A stretch of DNA of 63,845 bases from Chloroflexia bacterium (GCA_038229595.1 JBBROH010000003.1:1-63845); one strand, 5' to 3'. Shown: positions 8,507-19,734, counted from the first letter of the stretch. The notes: generated from the letters alone by a model not told the origin. Made by a program: numbers and translations.

Positions 8507-10390
8507 TCAGTAGCGCACCCGCCAGTCCCCTTCGCGGCGGGTGAGGTGCGCCTCGTCCAGAGACTCCAGGATTGCCAGGGCGTACTTGCGGCTGGCTCCG
8601 TAGAGGTCACGCAGGCTGGCGATGCTGACCTTTTCGCCTGCGTCGATCAGGGCTAGCACGCGGCTGCTAGCGGCCTCATACGCCGCCCGCTCGAAGAACA
8701 CCCCCCCTGCCTTCACCACTTCGCCGCGCTCCAGCAGGGCGGTCAACACATCACCCTCCCCCTCAAGGCCCAGTTCGGCGGGGGCAGGTGGGGCATAGGG
8801 ACTGGCCCGCAGGGCGGTCAGGTAGCGATCAGCCTGCTGCTGCTGGGCATGGCTGAGGGTGATCGCAAAGTCGGGCAGGTGGTAGCTGCCACCGACTCGC
8901 CCTGCCTGCTCAAGGGCGGAGGGGACAATGATCTTGGCTTCGGCGGCAGCAGCCAGTACCGCAGCAAACGGCTTGCTGTCCAGCCCCAGCTTGCCGCGCA
9001 ACTCCTCCTTGCCGATGCCAGCCCGCAACGGTTGTCGCTGGTGGAACAGGGCGACCACTTCGCGCAGGCGGTGGCTGAGGTCAGCCCACGCGCCGCTGCT
9101 GATCAGGTAGCCAGCCAGTCTGCGGGCGCGGCCCTCGGCTAGCAGTTGGGCCGCCGCCTGCTCTGCTGCCGCTGCGCCCAGTTGCACCAGGCCACCCGCC
9201 CGCTTCAGTTCGAGCGGTTGGCTGAGGACGGTCAGCAGGAGGTCGGCGGGGTCGCCCTTCGCCAACGTGCTGAGGCTGGTCAGCACGCGGGGCTGGAAGC
9301 GTTTGTGGCGGCGGGGCTGCGGATCAACGATTACCCCCCCCGCCACAGTGCGGCTGGGCGAGGGCTGCCGCAGGATAAAGCGGTCGCCCCTTGCGACAAC
9401 GACGGGATTAGCCAGCCGCAATTGCGCCCAACCCTGCGCCCCCGCTGCCAAGCTCTCCTGATCGAGGATAGTCAGGCGCACAGCAGTCTCGCTGGTGCCG
9501 ACGAACAAATCCAATTCGTTATTCTGGGCGATCAACGGCGCGTCTGCCAGCGTGCTGATGAAGACATCCAGGCGGTCACTAGTCTCCAGGCGACCAGGGA
9601 GGGTCAGCACCTGCCCCCGGCGCAACTCGCCTACCTCTAGCCCGATCAGGTTGACCGCCACGCGATTGCCGGGCGGGGCCACCTCCACCTTCTGCTTGTG
9701 CATCTGGAGGCCGCGGATACGGCTCCGCAGTGGTGCGCCATGTGGCCCCGGCCCCACCTCCACCTCTTGCCCGACCGCCAGTACGCCATCCAGCAGGGTG
9801 CCAGTTACCACAGTGCCAAAGCCAGCGATGCTGAAGGCGCGGTCAATGGGCAGGCGAGCGCGGCCCTGATCGCTCACACGGGGCGCGCCCGCCAGCACTG
9901 CTGCCAATGCGATTTGCAATGCGCCCAACCCGGCCCCCGTGCGTGCGCTAACTGGCACGATGGGGGCAGCGGCCAGCCGCGTCCCGGCTAGTAGGCTACG
10001 CACGTCCGCACTGACCAGGGCCAGCCAATCCTCGTCCACCAGATCGCACTTGGTCAAGGCGACAACGCCACGTTCGATTTGCAGCAGGTTGAGGATCGCC
10101 AGGTGTTCGCGGGTTTGGGGCATTGGCCCTTCGTCGGCGGCCACCACCAGGATCGCCGCGTCGATACCGCCCACCCCAGCCAGCATATTCTTGATGAAGC
10201 GTTCGTGGCCTGGTACATCAATAATGCTGATCTCGTTGCCGTCGGCCAGGCGCAACCAGGCATAGCCGAGGTCAATCGTCATCTCCCGCTCCTGCTCCTC
10301 GCGCAGGCGGTCGGGGTTGATGCCGGTCAGGGCCAGCACGAGGGTAGACTTGCCGTGATCCACATGACCAGCAGTGCCGACGACGTACAT
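8507..10390 (-). CDS. selB: Selenocysteine-specific translation elongation factor
   Basis: GTAGHVDHGKS, EREMTIDLG, IDVPGHERFIKNMLAG, long C-terminal winged-helix region ending SRKYALAILE..D. Confidence 0.93.
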   Translation of the reverse strand: MYVVGTAGHVDHGKSTLVLALTGINPDRLREEQEREMTIDLGYAWLRLADGNEISIIDVPGHERFIKNMLAGVGGIDAAILVVAADEGPMPQTREHLAILNLLQIERGVVALTKCDLVDEDWLALVSADVRSLLAGTRLAAAPIVPVSARTGAGLGALQIALAAVLAGAPRVSDQGRARLPIDRAFSIAGFGTVVTGTLLDGVLAVGQEVEVGPGPHGAPLRSRIRGLQMHKQKVEVAPPGNRVAVNLIGLEVGELRRGQVLTLPGRLETSDRLDVFISTLADAPLIAQNNELDLFVGTSETAVRLTILDQESLAAGAQGWAQLRLANPVVVARGDRFILRQPSPSRTVAGGVIVDPQPRRHKRFQPRVLTSLSTLAKGDPADLLLTVLSQPLELKRAGGLVQLGAAAAEQAAAQLLAEGRARRLAGYLISSGAWADLSHRLREVVALFHQRQPLRAGIGKEELRGKLGLDSKPFAAVLAAAAEAKIIVPSALEQAGRVGGSYHLPDFAITLSHAQQQQADRYLTALRASPYAPPAPAELGLEGEGDVLTALLERGEVVKAGGVFFERAAYEAASSRVLALIDAGEKVSIASLRDLYGASRKYALAILESLDEAHLTRREGDWRVRY

Positions 10391-10426
10391 TGTTATCCTC
10401 CTCCTGGTTGGGGAGGCAAGGAGGGC

Positions 10427-11824
10427 TTAGTTGTGGAAGCTACCAAAGACGCTGAGGAGGATCAGTTGATAGACGATAGTGGCTGCCCCACCGAGCAGAG
10501 CTAGCTGGCGGTCAATCGGGTAGAGGCGGGCGGTGAGCAGCCCCGCGAAGTAGGCACCCGCCACTACCCCGCCGAGCCAGAGCAGCACCAGGAAGAAGCC
10601 CAGGTTGGCGACTAGCAGGATCAGCCCCAGGGTCAGCAATAGCACTCGCAGGGCCTGGGTGAAGGGATAGACGCTAGCCGAGATGGTGAAGTAGCGTGCG
10701 CTGCTCTCGCCGGTGAGGATTTCGCCCAGGGCGTAGATCACTCCAGCGGCAATCGGCACCTCTAGCAAGCCGAGGATGAGCAGGATCAGTGGGCGCACCA
10801 CGAACAGGTTGAGCAGCACGCCAATGTTGTTCAACTCGAAGCCGCGATTCTGGCTGAAGCCCCAGAGTAGCGTGTCTACCAGGTAGATCAGGGCGGGCAT
10901 GGCAGCCAGCACTGCCGCCTGCTGCACGACCTGGCCCCGACTGTAGTGGTAGCGTGGCGGCGGTGGTGGCAGCGCGTCGCTGATCGCGCTCTCCTCCAAT
11001 GCCTTGCCGCTCTCCGGGTCTTCAACCGCCCCAGTCTTGCCACCGGGGTTGAGGCCAGTCAGGCGGGCAAGGGCGCGTTGTGGGTTGGCGGGGACGCTGA
11101 TCGCAGGCAACAGATAGTCCTCCTCGATCAACAGGCCCGCCGACATCGGCGTAGCTGCCCGCCCCCGACTCGTTCGGGCGGGGCTGTTGCTACTCATCCT
11201 GTAGCTGACGATTTGTTGGATCAGGTCGTCGAAGTTCTTGATGTTTGAGGTGATCAGGAAGGACGGCCCCTCAAACGGGCCAAACAGGTAGGAGTAGAGG
11301 CGATGCACCAGCCCCAGGCTATCGTCCGAACCCTCGACCACGATGATAAAATACTTGCCGCCGCTCAGTTCGGTGGAGTGCAGGCGCATCAGTTCGCCCC
11401 AGGGTAGTAGCCGTTCGCTGCGCCAGTTGATCAGCACCAGCCCTTCGCTGCTGACGTGCAGGTTGGGCAGCAGGCCACGCACGAAGCGTAGTAGCAGCAG
11501 GGCCAGCAGCAGGGCGAAGATACTCTGGATCAGCGGCCAAAGCAAACCCTCGGTGCCACTCTCCACAAAGAAGTAGTTGGTGACGCTGGCGAAGAAGTCG
11601 GCGACTGGCTTTGGCAGCCAACTGATGGTCGAGATACGGCGTGGGTCGATGCCCAGTGGCCGCGTAACCACCAGGTAGAACATGATGTGGCGCAGGAAGT
11701 TGTAAGCTGCCACCAGGCTGATGCCGTAGCCGAACAGTTCGAGTGGTAGCCGTAGCCAAAGGGGGTAGCGGTAGATCATCCGCTTCACCTTACCTGCCGC
11801 TTGCGTAGTGCTAGCCCCATACAT
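10427..11824 (-). CDS. Hypothetical multi-pass membrane protein
   Basis: 465-aa ORF with N-terminal TMs, a soluble middle part and a 5-TM C-terminus; alternative start at 11779. Confidence 0.7.
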   Translation of the reverse strand: MYGASTTQAAGKVKRMIYRYPLWLRLPLELFGYGISLVAAYNFLRHIMFYLVVTRPLGIDPRRISTISWLPKPVADFFASVTNYFFVESGTEGLLWPLIQSIFALLLALLLLRFVRGLLPNLHVSSEGLVLINWRSERLLPWGELMRLHSTELSGGKYFIIVVEGSDDSLGLVHRLYSYLFGPFEGPSFLITSNIKNFDDLIQQIVSYRMSSNSPARTSRGRAATPMSAGLLIEEDYLLPAISVPANPQRALARLTGLNPGGKTGAVEDPESGKALEESAISDALPPPPPRYHYSRGQVVQQAAVLAAMPALIYLVDTLLWGFSQNRGFELNNIGVLLNLFVVRPLILLILGLLEVPIAAGVIYALGEILTGESSARYFTISASVYPFTQALRVLLLTLGLILLVANLGFFLVLLWLGGVVAGAYFAGLLTARLYPIDRQLALLGGAATIVYQLILLSVFGSFHN

Positions 11825-12086
11825 AGGCGCGTCTCCTTCTTATGTCACCTGCTTGCCCCGGCTGTATGATACAGTACAATCGGCTTGAGCGCAATAGCCC
11901 ATTTCGGTCAGGTCAGGGCTGTAGGCTGGTGGCTGTGTGCGTTGCGCTGCCAGCCTGCGCTTGTTGGAGATGGTTTGTAGCCGGGCAGGTAAAGCGGTGG
12001 ACTCAAAGGCAAGGGGATCGCGTTGTAGCACAAGGGGCGCGCCTCGCGGCACGCCCCCTTGTACTACAACAGCCTACTGCTGTCTA

Positions 12087-13460
<1,374 letters not shown>

Positions 13461-13492
13461 TTAGCTCCTTAGCAAGATGGGTTTTACCGCTA

Positions 13493-13565
13493 GACCGGCT
13501 GTTCGCTGCTGGCGAAGTCACGGTATCCTGGGCTGACCGGGTGTTCGCTGGGGGCGAAGTCACGG
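13493..13565 (-). repeat. Two 31-nt direct repeats with internal hairpin in the ahcY 5' leader
   Basis: 13493-13523 and 13535-13565, 28/31 identical; each contains TTCGC-N5-GCGAA. Confidence 0.8.
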
Positions 13566-13657
13566 CGTAAGGGGCTGTTTACTGCTACCCCAACGCAGAG
13601 GAAGGCGTAAGGGCTAGTGCCTGGGCAAGATGAGGGTGCGAAACACCCTGTACCTTA

Positions 13658-13687
13658 ATTGTACCAACTCCAGTGGCGGCTTGTCAA
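13658..13687 (-). promoter_or_regulatory. Sigma70-type promoter for ahcY
   Basis: TTGACA-N18-TACAAT with extended -10 TGn on the minus strand. Confidence 0.7.
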
Positions 13688-13761
13688 TAGCGGCTGCGGC
13701 TGGCAGCAAGTTAGCCGATGCACATATCGCGCAAGCCGCGTTTCGTCGGTTGGCTGCTGGC

Positions 13762-14730
13762 CTACAACTGCACTGCCAGTTCGCCGAAGTTCTCGGCATA
13801 GCGGGCGCGGAACTCGGCCTGGGTGTAGTGGTGAGCCTGGGTGCCGTGGTGTTCGATGGCATAGACTGCGCTGAGGCTACCCAGCCGCCCGATCACCGCC
13901 AATGGGTAGTTGCTGACCAGCCCTTTGGTGATCCCGGCCAGGTAAGCATCGCCACCACCAGTGGGATCAACCGCTTCTGTCGGCTTGGCAGGCGGGATGT
14001 TGAGTGGCTGCTCGCCCTTGACGTAGATGATGCTGCCCTCGGCCCCGCGCGTGACGAAGGCGTGCTGCCCTTGCTCGGCGATGGCCTGGGGGTCGAGGCC
14101 GGTTTTGTTGCGGATCATCTCAAACTCGTAGTCGTTGCCGACCACCGCGTAGGCACCAGCGATGCCCTCCTGCATCTCCGCGCCGCTGAGGCGCACGATC
14201 TGCTGGGTGGGGGCGTAAATATATTTGATCCCCTGCGCTTTGCACTCGTGGGTCAGCTTGACGATAGCCTCTGGCGTGCTTGGCCCGACGATCACGAAGT
14301 CAGCCGCGCCCGCGTCGGCCAGGCTCAAGTCAACCGAGCGGCCCATTGCGCCAGGGTAGAAGCCCACGATCTGGTTGTCGCTCATGTCAGTAGTGATATA
14401 GCAGGTGGCCGTGAAGTCGTCCTTGTACTCGCGCACGAGGCTGGTCTTGACCCCCACTGCTTCCAACCACTGGCGGTAGCTGTCAAAGTCCTGCCCAACG
14501 GTGGCATAGAGTTCAGGCCGCTCGCCAAGCAGGCCGAGGCTGTAGGCAATATTGCTGGCAACGCCGCCATACTGCCGCTTCATACTTTCTACCAGGAAGC
14601 TGACCGAGAGCATATGAATCTTATCGGGTAGGATGTGATCCTTGAAGTAACCGGGGAAGACCATGATGTTATCAAAAGCGACCGAGCCGCTAACCAGGAT
14701 CGTGGGGTGCTGCGCTTGCGTGTTCTGCAC
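13762..14730 (-). CDS. PfkB family carbohydrate kinase, probably adenosine kinase
   Basis: VSGSVAFD N-terminus, YGGVASNIAY, DPTGGGDAYLAG PfkB signature; GTG start after GAAGGA; adjacent to ahcY. Confidence 0.85.
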   Translation of the reverse strand: MQNTQAQHPTILVSGSVAFDNIMVFPGYFKDHILPDKIHMLSVSFLVESMKRQYGGVASNIAYSLGLLGERPELYATVGQDFDSYRQWLEAVGVKTSLVREYKDDFTATCYITTDMSDNQIVGFYPGAMGRSVDLSLADAGAADFVIVGPSTPEAIVKLTHECKAQGIKYIYAPTQQIVRLSGAEMQEGIAGAYAVVGNDYEFEMIRNKTGLDPQAIAEQGQHAFVTRGAEGSIIYVKGEQPLNIPPAKPTEAVDPTGGGDAYLAGITKGLVSNYPLAVIGRLGSLSAVYAIEHHGTQAHHYTQAEFRARYAENFGELAVQL

Positions 14731-14866
14731 AATATTTCCTTCTGCAACTACTCCCTCGCGGGGAGGGGTGGGGCTGGCGATCTTCGATGGGGCAGCAGCC
14801 AGCACGGTGCCAGCCTGCCAGCCGCCTGCGCGCAATATACCAAATCTGGCGATCCGGTTGCAAGCG

Positions 14867-15238
14867 TCACCGCTCGAAGTTGTAGTCCAACGCGTTGCCC
14901 ACCAGCGCACGGACGATCTGCCAGAGTAGCCAGCCGACCACCAGGGCAGCAAACCAGGAGAGGAAGTCGGTCAGCAGTGGCACGATCTGCAACCCCCCCT
15001 GGGTGAGGTAGGCAAAGGGGAGGCCGCGCACGATGTTTGCGCTCAGGCTGGCCTTCACGCCCGCTGTTGTTGCTGCTGCCTGCAACTGGGCCAGCCCCGC
15101 ATCGTCGCAGACCTGCCTGTTCAGCCCGGCCTGAGCAAAGTAGCTGGTACATTCCCAGCGGCCAAGCAACAGGCTCGCTGCCGTCAGCCCCACTGCTAGC
15201 AACAGGACAGTGATTAGGAAAGATTTACGGATCATCAT
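14867..15238 (-). CDS. Small hypothetical membrane protein, paralogue of the upstream ORF
   Basis: N- and C-terminal TMs; W-x-C...VC-x-D...N-x-x-RG-x-PF shared with 15235-15705. Confidence 0.65.
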   Translation of the reverse strand: MMIRKSFLITVLLLAVGLTAASLLLGRWECTSYFAQAGLNRQVCDDAGLAQLQAAATTAGVKASLSANIVRGLPFAYLTQGGLQIVPLLTDFLSWFAALVVGWLLWQIVRALVGNALDYNFER

Positions 15239-15705
15239 AAGTGGGCTACTCCACCACACGGCGTTAGGATGCTATCATCATACCACATGGGTGCAAGCGG
15301 GGTTAAGCTGGCGAAGGTTTTGGGGTCGAGGATGCCAGTCAGGGTCAGGATGTACCAGAGGAGGACGACGCAGAGCAAGTAGAAGATAAAGTTGCCAAAG
15401 GTGGCAGGTAGGGTGGTCAGTTGCAGTTCGTCGCTGTTGGTCATGACGAAGGGGAAGCCGCGGTTGACGTTCGGCTTCATCTTGCTGCCCTCCAGCGCGT
15501 TAAGGCTCGCTTGCGCCTGTATCTGGTCGAACTGCTCGTCGTTGCAGACAGACGCATCCAGATCGCTACCAGCAGCCTTCGTCTGGGTGAAGTAGACCTT
15601 GCACTGCCAGGTACGCACCACCATGCTGCTGAGGGTGAGGGTGAGGGCGATCACCGCTGCCACGATCAGCATCCCCGTCTTCAACTTGGGCGGCGTTAGC
15701 TTCAT
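15235..15705 (-). CDS. Small hypothetical membrane protein
   Basis: 156 aa, two TMs, stop overlaps the next start. Confidence 0.65.
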   Translation of the reverse strand: MKLTPPKLKTGMLIVAAVIALTLTLSSMVVRTWQCKVYFTQTKAAGSDLDASVCNDEQFDQIQAQASLNALEGSKMKPNVNRGFPFVMTNSDELQLTTLPATFGNFIFYLLCVVLLWYILTLTGILDPKTFASLTPLAPMWYDDSILTPCGGVAHL

Positions 15706-15727
15706 CGTGGGGCCAGGGTGGGGGTGA

Positions 15728-16486
15728 TCACGGCTTCCAGATTTCGTCCAGCTTGATCAGTGCAGTCTTGAGGTCATTGACCGTCATTTGCACCAGTTGA
15801 CCCAGCATTGGCTCCTCCTGCCGAATGATGAAAGCCGGGTGGTAGGTCGCCATCGCCCAGGTGCTGGCGGTCAGGACAGCGGGCTGGGGGGCGGCCTCTA
15901 CCGTACCAAACATACTAAGCTGGTTCTCTGCCACCGCCACGCCCGCCACGCCAGTCTCAACCGGCAGCAGCGAAGGGGGGATAGCGGGGCCAGTGGCGGG
16001 CGCAATCACTCCACGCCCAGTAGTCATCTTGAAGTCCTTGACGATGATCTGGCTGGCCGCGCTGTTGCCGAGAGCAATGATGATGCGCGGACGGATGATG
16101 TCAAGCTCCGTTCCCAGCCACCGCTGGCAGGCTTTCACCTCGCTAGCACGGGGTGGGCGATTGGTCACCCGATTGTTCTGGTTCAGCCCAGTGGGGCGGC
16201 ACTTGACGATGTTGGTCATCCACACGTCTTCGCGCTTGATGCCCGCCTCGGCCAGTATCTTGTTCAGCAGTTGGCCGCTGCGCCCGACGAAAGGGCGCGC
16301 CCGTGAGTCCTCGTCTTCGCCTGGCCCCTCACCGACGATCACCAGCGGGGAGAGGATGTTGCCCTCGCCAAAGACGACGTGGGTGCGGGTGTTCTTCAAG
16401 TCGCAGGCGGTGCAGATCGCGGCCTCGTCGCGGATGCGGGTCATGCGCTCAAGCATGGCCTGTACTTCAGCTTGCGGACTGCTCAT
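15728..16486 (-). CDS. Uracil-DNA glycosylase family 4 (Fe-S type)
   Basis: CTACDL, VFGEG, VGEGPG-x-DED, PFVGRSGQLL, NIVKCRP, ALGNSA, TYHPAF. Confidence 0.92.
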   Translation of the reverse strand: MSSPQAEVQAMLERMTRIRDEAAICTACDLKNTRTHVVFGEGNILSPLVIVGEGPGEDEDSRARPFVGRSGQLLNKILAEAGIKREDVWMTNIVKCRPTGLNQNNRVTNRPPRASEVKACQRWLGTELDIIRPRIIIALGNSAASQIIVKDFKMTTGRGVIAPATGPAIPPSLLPVETGVAGVAVAENQLSMFGTVEAAPQPAVLTASTWAMATYHPAFIIRQEEPMLGQLVQMTVNDLKTALIKLDEIWKP

Positions 16487-17561
16487 CACCGCTACCCTCC
16501 GCCGCACCTACTGCCGCTGCCTGCGCCTCGACCTGCTCCAACTCGCGTTGCTGCAACAACTGATTAGCCGCTGCGTTGATGCTCATTGCCCACAGCCCTT
16601 GCAGCAGCGGGTGGTCGCCGGGGGGAACGAGGTTGAAGCTGCCTGCGGCGAAACTGGCGAGTTCGGCAAGGTCGCGGAAGCGTTGCGGGTCGGTCTGCGC
16701 TCCCCACTGGGCTAGCCGCTGCAACTCGCTCTGCACTGCCGCGATCCGCTGTGGCGAGTAGCGCAGATTGACGGTGGTCTCCATCATCTTCTGCTGCTCG
16801 CTGCGCTCCTCATCGTTCAAGTCGGTGCGCTTGTCTGCCTGAATCTTCTGCTCCATAGCTAGGATGCGCGCCGCGTCGTTGGTCAACTCCTCTGGCGGCA
16901 ATGCCAGGCGGTCAATGTTGAGGAACGGCACCAGGGCCGCGGTGCGCGACAACTGGCGGGCCTGTGGTTCGCCAATGCGGATGATCAGCCGGGTGCTAGG
17001 CTTGACTTCGGTGAGGTTAGGCAGGTTCGCCATCGCCTCCTCCATCTCGGCCATCTGCTGGCTGGCCTCCTGCAAGGTTTGCAGCACCATTTGCTTGAGC
17101 AGTGGGCTATCAACATCTTGCATGGTATCCAGGGTCATTACCCCGACAGCCATGATCAGAGCCTCTACGCTGTTGGGGTCGATCTGCACCAGCGTGCCGT
17201 AGAGGACGGCGCGGATGTACTGCTTGACCTCTGGGCGGGTCAGTTTGGTCACTACCTCGCCGAGGGTCTTGTCCAGCCGATTGCCGACAGTTTCAGCAGC
17301 ATTGGGGTCGTCCTGCACCCGGCCAAACTCGGCAAGCTCGTAGCTAAGGCGTTCCAGTAGCACACCCGCCTCTGGCAGGTTGGGATAGCGCAATTGGGGC
17401 ATCTGCGAGACTAGCACCGGCAACTCGCTAATCATATCTCCCAGCCGCTCCGGGGGGATGCTGGCGACCAACTGGCGTACGCCGCTCTCGATCTGTGTCT
17501 CGATCTTGCGTAGCGCATCGTCACCCTTCGGGCTAGCAGCCCGGCTGATATTGTCGGCCAT
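16467..17561 (-). CDS. Hypothetical alpha-helical acidic protein
   Basis: 364-aa ORF with typical codon usage, overlaps the UDG start; no family recognised. Confidence 0.7.
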   Translation of the reverse strand: MADNISRAASPKGDDALRKIETQIESGVRQLVASIPPERLGDMISELPVLVSQMPQLRYPNLPEAGVLLERLSYELAEFGRVQDDPNAAETVGNRLDKTLGEVVTKLTRPEVKQYIRAVLYGTLVQIDPNSVEALIMAVGVMTLDTMQDVDSPLLKQMVLQTLQEASQQMAEMEEAMANLPNLTEVKPSTRLIIRIGEPQARQLSRTAALVPFLNIDRLALPPEELTNDAARILAMEQKIQADKRTDLNDEERSEQQKMMETTVNLRYSPQRIAAVQSELQRLAQWGAQTDPQRFRDLAELASFAAGSFNLVPPGDHPLLQGLWAMSINAAANQLLQQRELEQVEAQAAAVGAAEGSGDEQSAS

Positions 17562-17708
17562 TAAACTTAGGCTCCTCATCTTTTGTCTCATATTTGATTG
17601 TAGCAGTTGGGTTTACTATACCACCCAGCTATCGCTTTGTCAAACCACATTTCACTTAGAAGAACTGGCTTGTTGGCAAGGATGCTGGGCTTCGGCAGCC
17701 CCACTTGC

Positions 17709-18293
17709 TTAGCGGCCCGGCACCTGGTGGCAGTGGCGGCAGCGGGCTTCGTAGCTCTCGGTTGCGCCAACCAGGATGATCGGGTCGTGGTAGTTGGCTG
17801 GTTCACCGTTGACCAGCCGTTGGGAGCGGCTGGCGGCTGCCCCACAGACCATGCAGATCGCCTGCAACTTGTCCACGCTCTCCGCCTCGGCCATCAGCAT
17901 TGGCATTGGGCCGAATGGTTCGCAGCGAAAGTCAAGGTCGAGACCAGCGACAATCACCCGCCTGCCATCCTCGGCCAGGCGGCGGCAGACCTCTACTACC
18001 CCGCTGTCAAAGAACTGCGCCTCGTCCACCGCGACTACCTGGGTGTCACCCTCAACGCAGCCTGCAATTTCGTGGCTGCTGTTGACTGGCTGGGCCAGAC
18101 GGTTGAGGCCGCTGTGCGAGTAGACTTTCTCTACGGCGTAGCGGTTGTCCATTGCGGGCTTGAAGACCTGCACCTTCTGGCGGGCCAGTTCTGCCCGCTT
18201 AACCCTGCGGATCAACTCCTCTGTCTTGCCGCTGAACATACTGCCACAGACGACCTCGATCCAGCCGTCTCGGCGGCTCTCGCGTGCTGACAT
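17709..18293 (-). CDS. tdk: Thymidine kinase
   Basis: [42 protein letters not shown]...EARCRHC. Confidence 0.96.
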   Translation of the reverse strand: MSARESRRDGWIEVVCGSMFSGKTEELIRRVKRAELARQKVQVFKPAMDNRYAVEKVYSHSGLNRLAQPVNSSHEIAGCVEGDTQVVAVDEAQFFDSGVVEVCRRLAEDGRRVIVAGLDLDFRCEPFGPMPMLMAEAESVDKLQAICMVCGAAASRSQRLVNGEPANYHDPIILVGATESYEARCRHCHQVPGR

Positions 18294-18346
18294 TGCGCTC
18301 CTCGTTACCCCCAGCCAGCCTCTTTGGCAGAGCGGTAGGGGAATGG

Positions 18347-18378
18347 AAAGGGCCGAAAACGGTGAGGTCTTCGGCCCT
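18347..18378 (-). terminator. Intrinsic terminator after rpmE
   Basis: AGGGCCGAA / TTCGGCCCT stem followed by TTTCCATT on the minus strand. Confidence 0.55.
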
Positions 18379-18400
18379 GCTGGGTTTCAAGCGATAGGGA

Positions 18401-18739
18401 TTAGCTCTGCTCTGGGGTAGTAACTGGGCGGGCGGGCCGCTGTGGGCGCGGAGCAGGCCGCTGGGCAGCTTGCTGGCGGGCATTGTCCTCGGCGGTGCGG
18501 CGTTGCTCGGCCTGCTGCTCGTTGCGGTTGCGGATTTGGTCCGCAGCACCAAGCCGCCTCATAAACCGCTCAACCTGACCAGCCGTGTCTACGATGCGCT
18601 GTTCGCCGGTGTAGAATGGGTGGCAGTTGGAGCAGAGGTCAACACGCAGATTCTTCTTCGTGCTGCGCGTCTCAAAGACGTTGCCACAGGAGCAAGTCAC
18701 CGTGGTCGCCTCGTACTTCGGGTGGATGTTTGGCTTCAC
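18401..18739 (-). CDS. rpmE: 50S ribosomal protein L31 (Zn-binding type) with C-terminal extension
   Basis: MKPNIHPKY...CSCG...[10 protein letters not shown]...GQVERF; GTG start. Confidence 0.93.
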   Translation of the reverse strand: MKPNIHPKYEATTVTCSCGNVFETRSTKKNLRVDLCSNCHPFYTGEQRIVDTAGQVERFMRRLGAADQIRNRNEQQAEQRRTAEDNARQQAAQRPAPRPQRPARPVTTPEQS

Positions 18740-18956
18740 TGGTAATACCTTTCTTGATCGCCTTTTCGTTGCTGGAGCGTCGATCATCTCACTGGGGGTT
18801 GGCACTGTTGCAGCCGGGCGCAACTGCCCTGCTACGTACCGCCGCTATCCTTGCGGCTGATCTGATTATACCACATCCGCCGCCCATTAGCCGCCTGTTT
18901 GCCGCAAGTCTAACTTGCCGCTAACAGACTGGTTTGTTCTCTACCAGGGCGGAGAA

Positions 18957-19268
18957 CTAGGCAGCTTCGGCCAGGGCCAGGCTCTCGGTTGCTAGCTCAA
19001 CCCCAGCGGGGATGCTGAGAGGGAGGATCGAAACCTTCTTCTTATCGCGGGTGGCGGGCTGGAAGAACACGGTGCCATCCACCAGAGCGTAGAGGGTGTG
19101 GTCGCGGCCAACCCCGATATTCTGGCCGGGGGCAATCTTCGTACCGCGCTGGCGCACGATGATCGTGCCGCAGGTAACGAGTTCGCCACCATACCGCTTG
19201 ACTCCCAGCATCTTCGGCCTGCTGTCGCGCCCATTACGCGAGCTACCTACACCTTTTTTGTGTGCCAT
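18957..19268 (-). CDS. rpmA: 50S ribosomal protein L27
   Basis: [16 protein letters not shown]...IIVRQRGT...GRDHTLYAL. Confidence 0.96.
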   Translation of the reverse strand: MAHKKGVGSSRNGRDSRPKMLGVKRYGGELVTCGTIIVRQRGTKIAPGQNIGVGRDHTLYALVDGTVFFQPATRDKKKVSILPLSIPAGVELATESLALAEAA

Positions 19269-19298
19269 TGTCCTGCTCTCCTTCTAATCCGCGCCCGC

Positions 19299-19616
19299 TC
19301 AGGCGATCACGATGTTGTCAATACTGATGCGGGTAAGGGTTTGGCGATGACCGTTCTTGCGGCGATACCGCTTCTTGGGCTTGAACTTGAAGACGATCAG
19401 TTTATCGCCACGATGCTCCTCAAGCACGGTTGCCAACACCCGTGCGCCGGTGACGACGGGGCTGCCGAACATCACCTCGCCGCCCTCATTGCTGACCATC
19501 AGCACACGGCCCAGGTCAAACTGCTGACCTGCCTCAATCGGCAATCGCTCAATATCAAGTCGGTCGCCGGGGGCAACCTTGTACTGTTTGCCGCCAGTTT
19601 CTACTACTGCGAACAC
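19299..19616 (-). CDS. rplU: 50S ribosomal protein L21
   Basis: FAVVETGGKQYKV...FKFKPKKRYRRKNGHRQ; GTG start after AGGAGG. Confidence 0.95.
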   Translation of the reverse strand: MFAVVETGGKQYKVAPGDRLDIERLPIEAGQQFDLGRVLMVSNEGGEVMFGSPVVTGARVLATVLEEHRGDKLIVFKFKPKKRYRRKNGHRQTLTRISIDNIVIA

Positions 19617-19734
19617 GGTTTTCCTCCTGGTGCGCTGCTGCGCTGTCGCCCTTGAGCCAAACTGTTGCCCCGCCTGGTGGCAGGGCAGCTCAATACGTGG
19701 CAAATCGCGGGCTTGCCAGCCCTTACGTTCGGCA

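Noticed and set aside
8507-10390. A selenoprotein gene in the window implied by selB
   Set aside because: No in-frame UGA at a catalytic Cys position followed by a SECIS-like hairpin was found; the UGA near 37903 lies in an IS remnant
13630-14631. 333-aa plus-strand ORF
   Set aside because: Antisense shadow of the PfkB kinase, typical of high-GC codon bias
19617-19730. L21 leader RNA
   Set aside because: Hairpins are present in the rplU 5' UTR, but I could not match them to the Rfam model without a covariance search
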